DNA of 64,000 nt from Zootoca vivipara (taxonomy: Eukaryota). The notes under the pieces are model-generated. The model saw only the letters and a program-made list of their open reading frames with translations, had not been told where the DNA came from and searched no databases. Below, piece by piece: positions 49,894 to 63,400 of this stretch (position 1 is the stretch's first letter; each line of letters opens with the position of its first letter). The stretch is taken from contig NC_083288.1 of NCBI RefSeq assembly GCF_963506605.1, positions 45,818,001 through 45,882,000 on the forward strand. Reading direction: 5' to 3'. A program made the position numbers and the translations under genes.

Positions 49894-52800
49894 TTAACAT
49901 TTTCTCCTAATTAGTTTCTCCCTGCTATTCAGTTCTGGTCGCAACACAATGATGTAGCATTTCGGGCAAAAAATACAACCCAGTAACCCAGCAGTGGAGG
50001 CCAAGATGGAGAAGATCTCCACTGCCACCATGCCTTTCCCTCTTGTGCTCAAGTAAGTCGGAATAAAGGACAACCAAACACTGCAAAAGGCCAGCATGCT
50101 GAAAGTGATGAATTTTGCTTCATTAAAACTGTCAGGTAGCTTGCGGGCAAGGAATGCCACCATGAAGCTGGTGATGGCCAGAAGACCCATGTAGCCTAAG
50201 ACACAGTAGAACATGACGACTGACCCTTCATTACACTGTACAATGATTTCTTCATTCACTGAATGCATGTCTAAATCAGGGAATGGAGGATAGCTTGCCA
50301 GCCACACAGTACAAATGGCTATCTGAACAAGCGAACAACAAATTACAATTGAATAGGACACTTTCCTCCCCACCCATTTCTTCATTCTTGATCCTGGCTT
50401 TGTAGCCATGAATGCTAGAGAAACTATGGTGGTTTTGGCCAGCACGCAAGAAACAGCCACTGAGAAGATGATGCCAAAAGCTGCTTGTTGAAGGAGGCAG
50501 ATCACTTTCCCAGGATGGCCAAGGAATAACAAAGAAGAGAGAAAACAGAGCAGGAGGGAGATGAGGAGAGTGTAGGAGAGGTCTCTGTTGTTGGCTTTGA
50601 CTATTGCGGTATCTCTGTGCTTAATAAACATTCCTAGCACCAAGGCTGTGGTCAGTGAAAAAGAAACTGCAGCTGAGGCCAAAGTGACCCCTAGAGGTTC
50701 TGCATATGATAAAAAGGTTATAACTTTAGGGATGCAACCATTTCTATTTTTGTTTGCATACTGGTCTTCTGGGCATTTGAAACAGTCATCCATATCTGGA
50801 AAATAGAAAAAGATGTAAATTCAGTGTTAATTAATGTGACACAGGGGGAAACAATCAAACAAAAGCAAAACCCTCCGTGATGGGGAAATTACATCACGCA
50901 CCAATCTGGTTTGATATCTTTCCATCTAAGCATGGGACACAATCATAGCAACAAAACTTTTCCCCTTCCTTCTTTTTCTTCTGATGACCAGGAAGACATT
51001 GTTCATTACACACCGAAAGAGGAAGCACCTATCCATAAACGGGGAAAATTAGTACGAGCACAGTTTTGGTTAAATTTAACTGACTTTGCTTGCTTAAGAG
51101 CTATATAAACTATTTAAATAAATAATATTCAAAACAAGTTATTCTTTAATTGCTGATATAGCCTAATATCAAAAGGTAAGTTTGTGTGCTTGCAGAATAC
51201 ATGATTGGATCTGAAACCTTCTTGGACAATTATAACAGTGGACGTGTTCATCTCAAACTGATAGGGATGAAATTTCCTCCCCCCTGTGTCTTAAAGCAGA
51301 ATATAGCTTCTCCACATTGTATTTCATAGGAAATCACCAAATGTCTATAATAAGTGCTTTTTTTCTTTAAAAAAATGTTTAGGGGTACTCTCATTTTACA
51401 ACTCATTTTGAAATACTGCCCCTCAAAGAGGCCCAACTTAGATTCACAAAATGATTAGGGGTGTGCATACAACTGTGTCCCCCAAGAAAAAAAGCACTGA
51501 CTATAATAACTGAATTAGATAAAATCTCCTATGTTGTGCTTAAAGGGTGTTGGTTGTAAGATATTCCAAAAATGGAGGCGAGAGTAAGTAAATCAGAATT
51601 AATGAAATAAAGTTTGAAGCTTTCATTCTGTCCAGCATTCATGTCAAAATCTGAGAAAGTGGGTATTCCTGGAAGTATATATCTGAGGCACAAGGAATTC
51701 AGCAATTCTGTGAACCACTATGATTAGCAGACTCTTTGCAATCAGTGTGGCAGAGTTAACCGATTCCTTCATTAAAATGTACATGAAGAAGCAAAGTGAT
51801 GTAAACCTCAGAGTTAATAAACAATGCCTAGAACATTTGACACAGTTTTCAATTTAAGAATAAACAGAATCCATGCCTCATTAAAATGACTAGGCCATTC
51901 AATTCTATACTCATCGACAGTGAATCGTTTTCCTTCATGGGCACTGGGATCAATCCTCCCAACTTTCACTTTCTGGAATGAGTTATTTGGCAAGATGACC
52001 AGATTCATGATGTCGAATCCACCTCTCATTTCCCGTTTTTCGTTAAAGGACACAGTTTCTCCAGCTGAGTTGTTAAATGAAATGCCTCGAAGAAACGAAT
52101 GGAGCTAATTGAAAAAGATAGGGAGTGGGGATTCACGGATAACAACACTTTGCAAATCACAAGCTTCAGTTATAGAAAGAAATAGGAACCCAATATTTGC
52201 CTTAATGACTTAAGGAGTGTAGCTTCACATTACACTACACTGTATATTAAAATAATTTCTGGTAAGACATTACCTGCCAAGGCTTTAGGTCCTGAAGTTC
52301 AATATTGTTACCAACCAACATTGTCCTATGCTTGGATGTAGATGAGTACATGGCATGCAAAGCATGAGCCAAAGCATAGACAGCAATATAAATGCTGTAG
52401 CTGTGGCCACTCATGTGCATTTCAAAAAGTCCAGCAGGGAGACTTTCCAGCCTCTCCTCTCCAGTACAGGTGTCATCATCCATTAGAGGCACCCCTGCTT
52501 GATCTGGCAAGAAACAGTCAAAGGCTTGCTCCCAGAAATCTTTTAGAAACCCATCTCCTTGAGTCCAATTTGGCTTAATGATTTGAAGAAATTCTCTGAA
52601 ACCTGGTACCTCTTTTGTGTGAATTGTGAAGGAAATGGCACCCTGGAACATCTGAAAACCCCATCCTCTTGCAGCACCCGTTAAGATAAAATCCATCTGC
52701 ATTGTCATGATCCACACCTTTCCAAATGATGGGTTTTCCTTATTTCCTGAATCTTGTGAACATATAAATGTTGTCAGCCACAAAATTGTTAAAGATTCTC

Positions 52801-55114
52801 CATATGTGATAATTGTACCAGCTTTACATTTTTGGAGGGATAAATCAATTGGACTTGCATCATTAAAATTATTGATGTATTCCTCCATACGAGCATCTTG
52901 TGGGATTCTTCTTATGAAGGCTGAACAGATTCCATGCCTGGAAAACATTGGCTCCAATATTTTTAGAAACTGTTCTCCACTGTTATCATCTACCACAAAG
53001 AGCCCAACCCAGGTCCATCTAAAATGCTGAAGTAACCATATAATCCCCATATACTGAAGGTGTTCATTTGGAACCATGCGATAAAATGGAGGAGCACCCA
53101 TTGTTTGCATCTCATCTGGTGCAAATGAGCCATATATCAGCTGTAAGAAAATATGAGGAGACCACAGAGATTCATTAATACCCATCTATTTATTCCAGAT
53201 GTCTATGGCTGGGAGTGGATTTTTACAACAAACATTTTTGAAGTATTTCTAAATCTATTTTGAATCATAGGGATATTATTATGTTCCCAAGTTTTTACTA
53301 CTTGTCATCAGTATTACTTCCTTCTTTGGAACTTCACAGCTAATCTATTAAACATTAAAAGCCTTCAGATGTAATAATAATAATAATTACCTGTGGAATT
53401 TTGTAGAGGCCAATGATGTCCATCATAAGGAAAGAGGTGTCAGAGTCAAGTCCTCCAATAATGGCAAGAAGGGTTGTCTGTTTGCCACATTTGTAGTTGG
53501 GGAGAAATATATGTGACTTTGAAATCAGGTCCAGTGTTGTCCGATAGGTCATCCTTGCACTGTCATAACTGTCAGAGATGTGAAAACCGAGGGTGACATT
53601 GGGCAGGATATTGGCATTCTTGTTGATCTCGTTTACAGCAAATGCCAAAGCCAGGCTGTGCTGGTAGAACTTGGTTATGACACTGCCAAGAGAGTTTATT
53701 TTAATATTTCAGAAAATATGTCCATAACACAAAAATTCATTTTGCAATACAGTACCCTGTATATTGTCTCCCTGCTTATTTAACTTATATGCAGAATTCA
53801 TCATGTGAAAGGCTGGACTAGATGAATCCCAAACCAGAATTAAGATTGCCGGAAGAAATATCAACATCCTCAGATATGCTGATGACACAACCTTGATGGC
53901 AGAAAGTGAGGAGGAATTAAAGAACCTTTTAATGAGGGTGAAAGAGGAGAGCGCAAAATATGGTCTGAAGCTCAACATCAAAAAAACCAAGATCATGGCC
54001 ACTGGTCCCATCACCTCCTGACAAATAGAAGGGGAAGAAATGGAGGCAGTGAGAGATTTTACTTTCTTGGGCTCCATGATCACTGCAGATGGGGACAGCA
54101 GTCACGAAATTAAAAGATGCCTGCTTCTTGGGAGAAAAGCAATGACAAACCTAGACAGCATCTTAAAAAGCAGAGACATAACCTTGCCGACAAACATCCG
54201 TATACTTAAAGCTATGGTTTTCCCAGTAGTGATGTATGGAAGTGAGAGCTGGACCATAAAGAAGGTTGATCACCGAAGAATTGATGCTTTTGAATTATGG
54301 TGCTGGAGGAGACTATTGAGAGTCCCATGGACTGCAAGAAGATCAAGTCTATCCATTCTGAAGGAAATCAGCCCTGAGTGCCTACTGGGAGGACAGATCG
54401 TGAAGCTGAGGCTCCAATACTTTGGCCACCTCATGAGAAGAGAAGACTCCCTGGAAAAGACCCTGATGTTGGGAAAGATGGAGGGCACAAGGAGAAGGGG
54501 ATGACAGAGGACGAGGTGGTTGGACAGTGTTCTGAAAAAGACTATAGTTTCCATTAGCTGACCACTATCCCATCCCATGTGACATTAGTCAGTGCTTTTA
54601 TATCTTACCTTTTTGAGAGATTTTTTGTGGTCATTGTGTGAGTGCACACAAAAGGTTGTGCTGGATTTTATATGTACATTTCCCGTGTCTATTTTTAAGC
54701 TTTGCAGTATTCAAGATCAAACCTTCTCCTTATTATTTTCAATGCTCCTTACCTGTCCTTCCTGGTGGCTTTCCTGTACCAACACCCTGCTTTCTCAAAC
54801 AAAAAGGCTTTCACTTTTGGAAGGAGAATATCCACATATACTATTGTTAATTATAAGGTATACAGCTTAGAAAAAGCAGGTGGATTGAGGGATCCTTACT
54901 GTGGAAAGTCAATCTGGTTCTGAGAAGGGTGTTCCTCAAAAGTAACCGGGTTGACTATATAAGAGATCTGAGAAGCAATTCCACCAATGTGGAGGCAACC
55001 TAGCTGGTACCATTCATGTGGAACAGAGAGGGGATCACCTGTGTGACATTTCATAGTTTCTTCTTGCGACACAACAGGAAACAGCAGGAGCATCAACCCT
55101 GCTATTTCTAACAT
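49894..55114 (-). CDS. Vmn2r: V2R gene B2 (~876 aa). Exons 55114-54900, 53682-53391, 53140-52274, 52104-51877, 51028-50902, 50795-49894. Exon 4 donor is GC
   Basis: Open frame over six exons with 7TM motifs. Intron 4 starts GCATGG. Confidence 0.85.
51352..51499. mobile_element. Short hAT-like MITE, shared with the duplicate at 58530-58678
   Basis: (C)AGTGCTTTTTT...AAAAAAGCACTG with an imperfect 8-bp TSD (x)CTATAAT. Confidence 0.65.
53757..54533 (+). mobile_element. RTE-BovB internal fragment in V2R intron 1
   Basis: Highly similar to the element at 48544-49537. Has an in-frame stop and lacks the 3' tail. Confidence 0.92.
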
Positions 55115-57066
55115 GTTGGCAGAAAAGAGTTTCTGACTCTATAAATTCCCTAATTTGTAACTTGCATCCTATGTGAGACTGCCAATCCTAGAAGTCCAAG
55201 ATTCACAAAGGAGAAAATGTCATAGATGGACCTGCCTGACTCTTGCGTTTAATTATAGCCTAATGCCACCAGGGTTGATTTATAAATACTTTCAGGCTCC
55301 CTTACTGACTGTTTTCTCCTGCCTTCTAGAAAGCTTCAGAAGCTTCAGAATGATGAGTAAATTATAGTTATTTGGATAATTGCAGAGGGAAATCATTGCC
55401 TCTTTAAAGCTTTAATACTGAGTGACACTTTGGGTAGGGAAAAAGTTGGTTGATCTTTATGGAACAGTCCACAAGTTTTCTCTATTCCCAAGAGCAGGTG
55501 CATTAATAATTTGGCCCTCAGCTGTAGGACAAGAACTTGAATCAATTCCTGCCTGCAAGATCAAAGATTCAATAACATGTAAATGTCCACAAATATCCCG
55601 TCTGTGCCATGAAGCCATGAGAAAGTAATGTTGTTTCCTGATCTCTCTGAAAAACAAATTAATTCCGGAGAGTGACACTCTCTGGTAAAGCCAGTAACTT
55701 GACTGAATAAACCAAGCAATGGTAGTCCTGGAATGAAGGTGGCTGTGTCTTAGAATTAGAGTTTCATCTTTCCCACCTGCCAATCACTTGCCATCAGGTG
55801 ATTTTGCTACCATGTCTTACTAACAATCCATAGGGGTGAAGGAATAGGGCTTTGGAAAGGCCAATGATTGGCTGTTAGATGGTGTCTGCCATCCCTACTT
55901 TCTTTGCTTGTGTGAGTAAGGACTACAGATTAACACAGACCGTGAGTGGGTTATATACACTTTGGATAGTACTGACAATTATTGCTTTGCTTTCCACTCT
56001 AATAGCTAGTTGGTGCAATAAGAATATAAAGATCATGTCCATATCAAATGATCAATCAACAGACAGATTGACAGAAAGATATTTATTGTGTTAATGGAAA
56101 GCACCATTAAGAAGAAAAGAAGTCAATAATAGCCATTGCCATGGCTCAATATCTATATGCCCCTTCCCCATAAACTCTGAAATCCCCCACTTCAATTCTC
56201 ATAAATGGGATGAGGACACTGTCAATCACAACAGCAGAAAGCTTGGAATTAAGAAGAGGGAGGTAGTGCTTTATTTAATCTTCAATAGTGTTTAGGAGTT
56301 CTGTGTGCTGTGCAGTGCTTTTTTCTCTGGGGGTACCCAAGGGTACTCAGTACCAGCTCTTCTTTCCCCCCCAAATGTTAAAAGTGTGGCATTTACTGTA
56401 ATAACATCATAGAGATTACTGGCCACTTTTTCTCCTTAAAAACAAAAACACTGGTATTGTCGAACTACTTGTACAGAATAGTTATACACTTATCCAGTTC
56501 AGCACTCAGCATATAACAAGAGTATAATTACCCATTCAAATGATGTGATCATATCATATTTAAGTTCAAAGGGATCAGAGAGAGAGAGAGAGAGAAGAGG
56601 TTAAGTGAATGGAGGGTGAAAAGGAGGTCCAATGCACCTTCAACTACTATTGAATCTCTCCGCAAAACAGAGTGTCTTTTTTGAGATCACACTAACATTC
56701 TGGAAGAGTTCAGCTGAAGCTTTGTCCGCTGATCAGTTGGCTAAGCTCTAGTCCCCATCATAACTGATTGACTTTTGGCCACTGTGGCCCATTCTCGAAT
56801 ATTTTCCATTTTAGTGGAACTGATGCACATGGCAATGATCACCATAACTCTGTCCAAACTACTCCTTATTAAAAATGATCCTTGAATAAGATAGATGGGG
56901 CGGGGCATTTCGTGATATGTACTTTTGCAAAATCTGAGCATCAACAGAAACATTGCAAAGAGACATCAATATAAGTGGAAGCGAATATCTACCAATATTC
57001 TGACATGCTCCTAAACCTCTTTTCCAAAATGTATAACTGTATGATAGAATGAAAATATAAGATCCC

Positions 57067-59544
57067 TTAATACTTTCTCCTTATTAGTTTCTCCCTGCTA
57101 TTCAGTTCTGGTCGCAACACAATGATGTAACATTTTGGGCAAAAGATACAACCCAGTAACCCAGCAGTGGAGGCCAAGATGGAGAAGATCTCCACAGCCA
57201 CCATGCCTTTCCCTCTTGTGCTCAGGTAAGTCGGAATAAAGGACAACCAAACACTGCAAAAGGCCAACATGCTGAAAGTGATGAATGTTGCTTCATTAAA
57301 ACTGTCAGGTAACTTGCGGGCAAGGAATGCCACAATGAAGCTGGTTATGGCAAGAAGACCAATATAGCCCAAGACGCAGTAGAACATGACGACTGACCCT
57401 TCATTACACTGTACAATGATTTCTTCATTCACTGAATGCATGTCTAAATCAGGGAATGGAGGATAGCTTGCCAGCCACACAGTACAAATAGCTATCTGAA
57501 CAAGCGAACAACAAATTACAATTGAATAGGACACTTTCCTCCCCACCCATTTCTTCATTCTTGATCCTGGCTTTGTAGCCATGAATGCTAGAGAAACTAT
57601 GGTGGTTTTGGCCAGCACGCAAGAAACAGCCACTGAGAAGATGATGCCAAAAGCTGCTTGTTGGAGGAGGCAGATCACTTTCCCAGGATGGCCAAGGAAT
57701 AACAAAGAAGAGAGAAAACAGAGCAGGAGGGAGACGAGGAGAGTGTAGGAGAGGTCCCTGTTGTTGGCTTTGACTATTGGGGTATCTCTGTGCTTAATAA
57801 ACATTCCTAGCACCAGGGCTGTGGTCAGTGAAAAAGAAACTGCAGCTGAGGCCAAAGTGACCCCTAGAGGTTCTTCATATGATAAAAAGGTCATAATTTT
57901 GGGGATGCAACCATTTTTATTTTTGTTTGCATACTGGTCTTCTGGGCATTTGAAACAGTCATCCATATCTGAAAATTAGAATAAGGTGTAAATTCAATGT
58001 CAATTAGTGTGACACAGCAAAAAACAACAACCAATAAACTAAACTAAACTAAACTATGTGATTGGAAAAATATCACGCACCAATCTGGTTTGATATCTTC
58101 CCATCTAAGCATGGGACACAATCATAGCAACAAAACTTTTCCCCTTCCTTCATTTTCTTCTGATGACCAGGAAGACATTGTTCATTACACACCGAAAGAA
58201 GAAGCACCTAGCCATAAAACAAGGGGGGGGAAATTAATGTGAATATACTTTTGGTTAATTTTAATTCATCTTATTTACTTAAGCGGTATATAACTGTTGA
58301 AATAAATAAATAAGGAATATTCAAATCAAGTTATTCTTCAGTTGCTGATATAGTCTAATATCAAAAGTTACAATAGGTAAGTTAATGTCTTTGCAGAATA
58401 AATGAATTGATTTGAAACCTTGTCACAATCGTAGACTGCTAGGGATGAAATTTGCTTCCCCTTGTGTCTTAAAGCAGAATATAGCTTCTCCACATTATAT
58501 TTCATAGGAAATCATCAAATGTCTATAATCAGTGCTTTTTTTCCCTTAAAAAAATGTTTAGGGGTACTCTCATTTTCCAACTCATATTGAAATACTGCCC
58601 CTTCATGAGGACAAACCTAGATTCACAAAATGTTTAGGGGTGTGCATACCCCTGTGTCCCCTAAGAAAAAAAGCACTGGCTAGAATATCTGAATTAGATA
58701 AAATCTCCTTTGTTGTGCTTAAAGGGTGTTGGTTGTAAGATATTCCAAAAATGGAGGCAGGAGTAAGTAAATCAGAATGAATGAAATAAACTCAATGTCA
58801 AACTCTCAGAAAGTGGGTATTGCTGGAGGGATATGTCAGAGGCACAATGAATTCAGCTACCAGCAGTTTCCTAGAAATCACCACCTTATTTATCTCCAGC
58901 ACTGATGATTGTAAAAACTTCTGTGAACCACTGCTAGCAGCAGACTCTTTGAAATCAGAGTTGCAGACTTATCCTATTACTTCAGGAACATATAAATGAA
59001 GAATCAATGTGTTGGAAACCTCAGAGTTAATAAACAATGCATAGAAAATTTGACAAAGTTTTCAATTTAAGATTAAACAGAATCCATGCCTCACAAAAAC
59101 CTTTAGGCCACACAATTCTATCTTCATCGACGGTGAATTGTTTTCCTTCATGGTCACTGGGATCAACCCTCCCAACTTTCACTTTCTGGAATGAGTTATT
59201 TGGCAAGATGACCAGATTCATGATGTCGAATCCACTTCTCATTTCCCGTTTATCATTAAAGGACACAGTTTCTCCAGCTGAGTTGTTAAAAGAAATGCCT
59301 CGAAGAAACGAATGGAGCTAATTGAAAAAGATGGGGGCGGGATTCATGAATAACAACACTGCAAATCACACACTTTAGATATAGAAAGAAATATGAACCC
59401 AATATTTGCCTTAATGACTTAAGGAGTGTAGCTTCACATTACACTACACTGTATATTAAAATACTTTCTGATAAGACATTACCTGCCAAGGCTTTAGGTT
59501 CTCAAGTTCAATATTGCCACCAACCAACATTGGTCTGTGCTTGG
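57067..59544 (-). pseudogene. Vmn2r: 5'-truncated V2R (B3), recent duplicate of B2. Exon 6 57968-57067, exon 5 58207-58081, exon 4 59317-59090, exon 3 stub 59544-59483
   Basis: TM exon is nearly identical to B2. Exon 3 breaks off at an L2 fragment and no matching exons 1-2 are in the window. Confidence 0.85.
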
Positions 59545-59561
59545 GATCACATTCAGCTATA

Positions 59562-60178
59562 TCAGCTGCACTGGCTCCTGGTGGAATACAGGATCAGGTT
59601 TAAGGTGCTGGTATTAAAGCCCTATACAGCCTAGGACCCTCGTACCTATGGGGATGCCTCTCCTGGTATGCCCCACGGAGGACCTTATGGTTTGAAAATA
59701 ACAACATCCTAAATATTCCGGGCCCCAGAGAGATCAGACTGGCCTCGATCAGAGCCAGGGCCTTTTCGGCCACGACCCCGGCCTGGTGGAACGCTCTCTC
59801 ACAAGAGACTATGGCCCTGCGGGCTTTGACATCTTTACGCAGGGCCTGCTAGATGGAGCTTTTCCTCCAGGCCTTTGGGCAGGGTGAAGTCTGACTCATT
59901 TTCTCCTTGTATAAGAACAAGCACAAAGGGAGTTCCCAGCCCGCTAACAGGTGCTTATAATATCAGTGGAAACCGCCTTCAATTTTAACCTGAATATTGC
60001 CACTTGTCCAGTTTTAATTTTGATTTGTTTGAGTTAATTGTGGGATGTATCTTAATTTATTGATCACTTGTTTTTATGCATTGTCTTACTTGTATGATGT
60101 TGGCCACTCTGAGCCTGGTTTTGGCTGGAAAGGGTCAGATAAAAATAAATGATGATGATGATGATGATGATGATGATG
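59562..60178 (+). mobile_element. L2-type LINE 3' fragment
   Basis: QLHWLLVEYRIRFKVLV..., RARAFS, with a (GAT)n tail. Confidence 0.8.
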
Positions 60179-60464
60179 TATTCTGTTTCCTCTTTCCCAT
60201 TGTTTTGTGCCATATTCAAACTATTATTGCAGAGAATATAAAGGACTTGAGTAGGCAAAAAATCACCCCCACAATCATTTCTGATTCTATTCTGCAGAGG
60301 GCTTGTTCTGAAACGAGATGAGCGCCACACCCCATAGTTGCCTTTGACTGGACTGAACTATCCAGGGGTCCTTTAGCTTACTTTGCCTAGAGCAAAAAGT
60401 TGAATAAATGTCAATGTTTATTAAAAATCTAGGAAAAAAGTAAAATAATATTCAAAACATTTAT

Positions 60465-63400
60465 TCTTTGAAAGGAATGGTTGGGGAAGGTGACCAGGTT
60501 CATGGTGTCAAATCCACCACTCATTTCGAGGAAAAAAAAGGTTTCTAAAATGGCGGCGCGTGGAGACGCAGCGGCTGGTTGCTCCCTAACTCAGAATTTG
60601 GCTTTCTTGTCCTGCCAAAATAGACTTGTTTATAGTCGACAGGATATGTTATCTATTTGGCTACGGAGCGAGCACTGCATAAATTGTGAGTGTCTCCGCG
60701 TCTGCAAGGAAGATTTTTTGACTTCAAAGAACCGGGGAGGAAAGAGGCACAGGAGAGACCGTAAACAAAAGAGAGGTTGCAGGGGAGGAAGGTGACTAAA
60801 GCAATTAAGGCTGAAGACACAGCACTATAACTTACCACTTCCCAGCATTTTCTATGCGAATGTGAGATCCTTGGTGAACAAGCTGGAGGAGTGGAAGCTG
60901 TGGGTGGCAACTGAGAGAACTGTGAGTGAATGCTGTCTTCTGCTGATTACAGAAACTTGGCTGACACCACTTATACCTGACTCAGCCATAGAACTAGCAG
61001 GCTATACAGTGTTCCGTCATGATAGAACAGAGGACTCTGGTAAAAGAAGGGGGGAGGTTTGTGTGCATATGTAAACAACTGCTGGTGCACAAACCACACC
61101 GTGATAGCTAGTCATTGTTCCCCAACTGTGGAATTTATGACGCTTAAATGCAGACCTATTTACATCCCCCGAGAATTTACAGTAGTACTGATAACTATAG
61201 TATATATTGCACCTGATGCGAACATCAATGAGGCATTGGGTCTCCTGCACGATGCTGTTAATAGACAACAATGCAAGTATCCTGAGGCTGCATCTATTGT
61301 ATGCGGGGATTTCAACCAAGCAGATTTGAAAGTGGTCCTACCTAAATTTTATCAACATATAAAGTGTGCAACCAGGGGCGAAAGGACTCTGGACAGACTG
61401 TACACAAATGTCAAGCAAGCCTATAAAGCTGAACCGCTGGCACACCTAGGTCAATCTGATCACGTGTCCCTGCTCCTGACTCCTGTATACATTCCACTGA
61501 GGAAACGGATTCCAACAACAAAGAGGAGTATTACAATATGGCCGGCTGAAGCATCTCAACAGCTACAGGACTGTTTTAATGACACAGACTGGGCGGTGTT
61601 CAACCAACAGGACATAGAGACTTTTACTGAGGAAGTGCTGGATTACATCAGGTTCTGCACTGACAATGTAACACAGAGGCGCCGGATAAAGATCTATCCA
61701 AATAGGAAGCCCTGGATGACAAGGGAGGTACAGGGGCTGCTAAAGGCAAGAAATACTGCTTTTAGAAGTGGAAACAGGATGCTGTACAGCTCAGCCAGAG
61801 CAGATTTAAAGAGAGGTATCCGGGTGGCCAAAGAGGTGTACAGACAGCGGCTGGGGGATCACCTTCAGAGTAATAACACCAGGCAGGTGTGGCAAGGTGT
61901 ACAGGAACTGACGGGGCAAAAATCCAAAGATTCCTTGGTGGACGAGGGAGGGGCATCCCTCGCAGAGGAGTTGAATGTCTTTTTTGCCCACTTTGAAGCA
62001 ACATCTGCAGCAACACCTGCGGAGGCTAGGCCACCATCACCACCGTCACCATCATCGGGGCAAAGGAATGTGGTATTCGAAGTGGAGGAAGGAGAAATGA
62101 GGAAGGTGCTGAAGGGAATCAACTCAAGGAAGGCTACAGGGCCAGGTGGAGTAGCTGGAAGAGTCTTAAGAGACTGCGCAGACCAACTAGCAGGAGTCTT
62201 CGCTGGGATCTTAAATCGATCCCTAGCCCAGGCTACTGTCCCATCTTGCCTGAAGTCCTCTATTATTGTTCCAGTACCAAAAAAATCCAATCCGGAGAAT
62301 CCGAATGACTTTCGTCCAGTAGCACTTACACCCATAATTATGAAGTGCTTTGAAAAGCTGGTACGAAATTATGTCATTGCCTGCCTACCAGAGGGATTGG
62401 ACACATTCCAATTTGCCTACAAAACGAAAAGATCAACAGAGGATGCCGTGGAAATTGCCCTCCAAGCTGTTCTTGCACATTTGGAGCAGCGGGGGAGCTA
62501 CGCCAGACTGCTTTTTGTAGATTTCAGCTCGGCATTCAATACCATTCTACCGCGATGTTTGATAACTAAATTGGGAAATCTGGGGCTCCCGCTATCACTC
62601 TGTGGGTGGATACTGGACTTTCTCTCAGATCGCTCCCAGAGGGTCCGGTTGGGCCCTTATATGTCTAACATGCTTAGGACTAACACAGGAACACCACAAG
62701 GATGCGTGCTTAGTCCGCTCCTTTATACTCTTTATACGTATGATTGTGTCGCTGCCCACCCTAGAAACAGGGTTGTCAAATTTGCAGATGACACAACCGT
62801 GATCGGGCTCATCTCTGATAAGGAGGGTGAAACTGAGTATAGAGATGAGGTGGAGCGGCTGACAGAGTGGTGCAGAGTCAACAACTTGCTCATAAATACA
62901 AAGAAAACTAAGGAGCTTGTGGTGGACTTTAGGAGACAGAAGAACGAGGTCCAGCCACTTTTGATTGACGGAATTTGTGTGGAGAGGGTAACAACGTTTA
63001 GATTTCTAGGCATTGAGTTACAGGAGGATCTGTCCTGGAGTGTTAATACGAGGGGGCTTGTGAAGAAGGCGCAGCAGAGACTGTATTTTTTGAGAATTTT
63101 AAGGAAAAACCATCTTCCACAAAAGCTGCTGCTTGCCTTCTATCACTGTGCCATACAGAGCGTGCTCACGTACGGTTTATGTGTGTAGTACGGAAGCTGT
63201 ACTTCCCAGGACAAAGCAGGGCTGTGTAGAATTATTAAAACAGCAGAGAGCATTATTGGCTGCTCACTCACCACCTTAGAACAACTTTACACCACCAGGT
63301 GCCATAGAAAAGCACTAGATATATCAAGAGATCCAACGCACCCTGGTCACCATTTCTTTCAGCTCCTGCCATCGGGACGGAGATATAGAACAATGCAGGC

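Noticed and set aside
5995-59321. Plus-strand ORFs antisense to V2R exons and LINE ORFs (e.g. 5995, 6857, 25178, 48580, 52707, 59037)
   Set aside because: Shadow frames of real minus-strand coding sequence.
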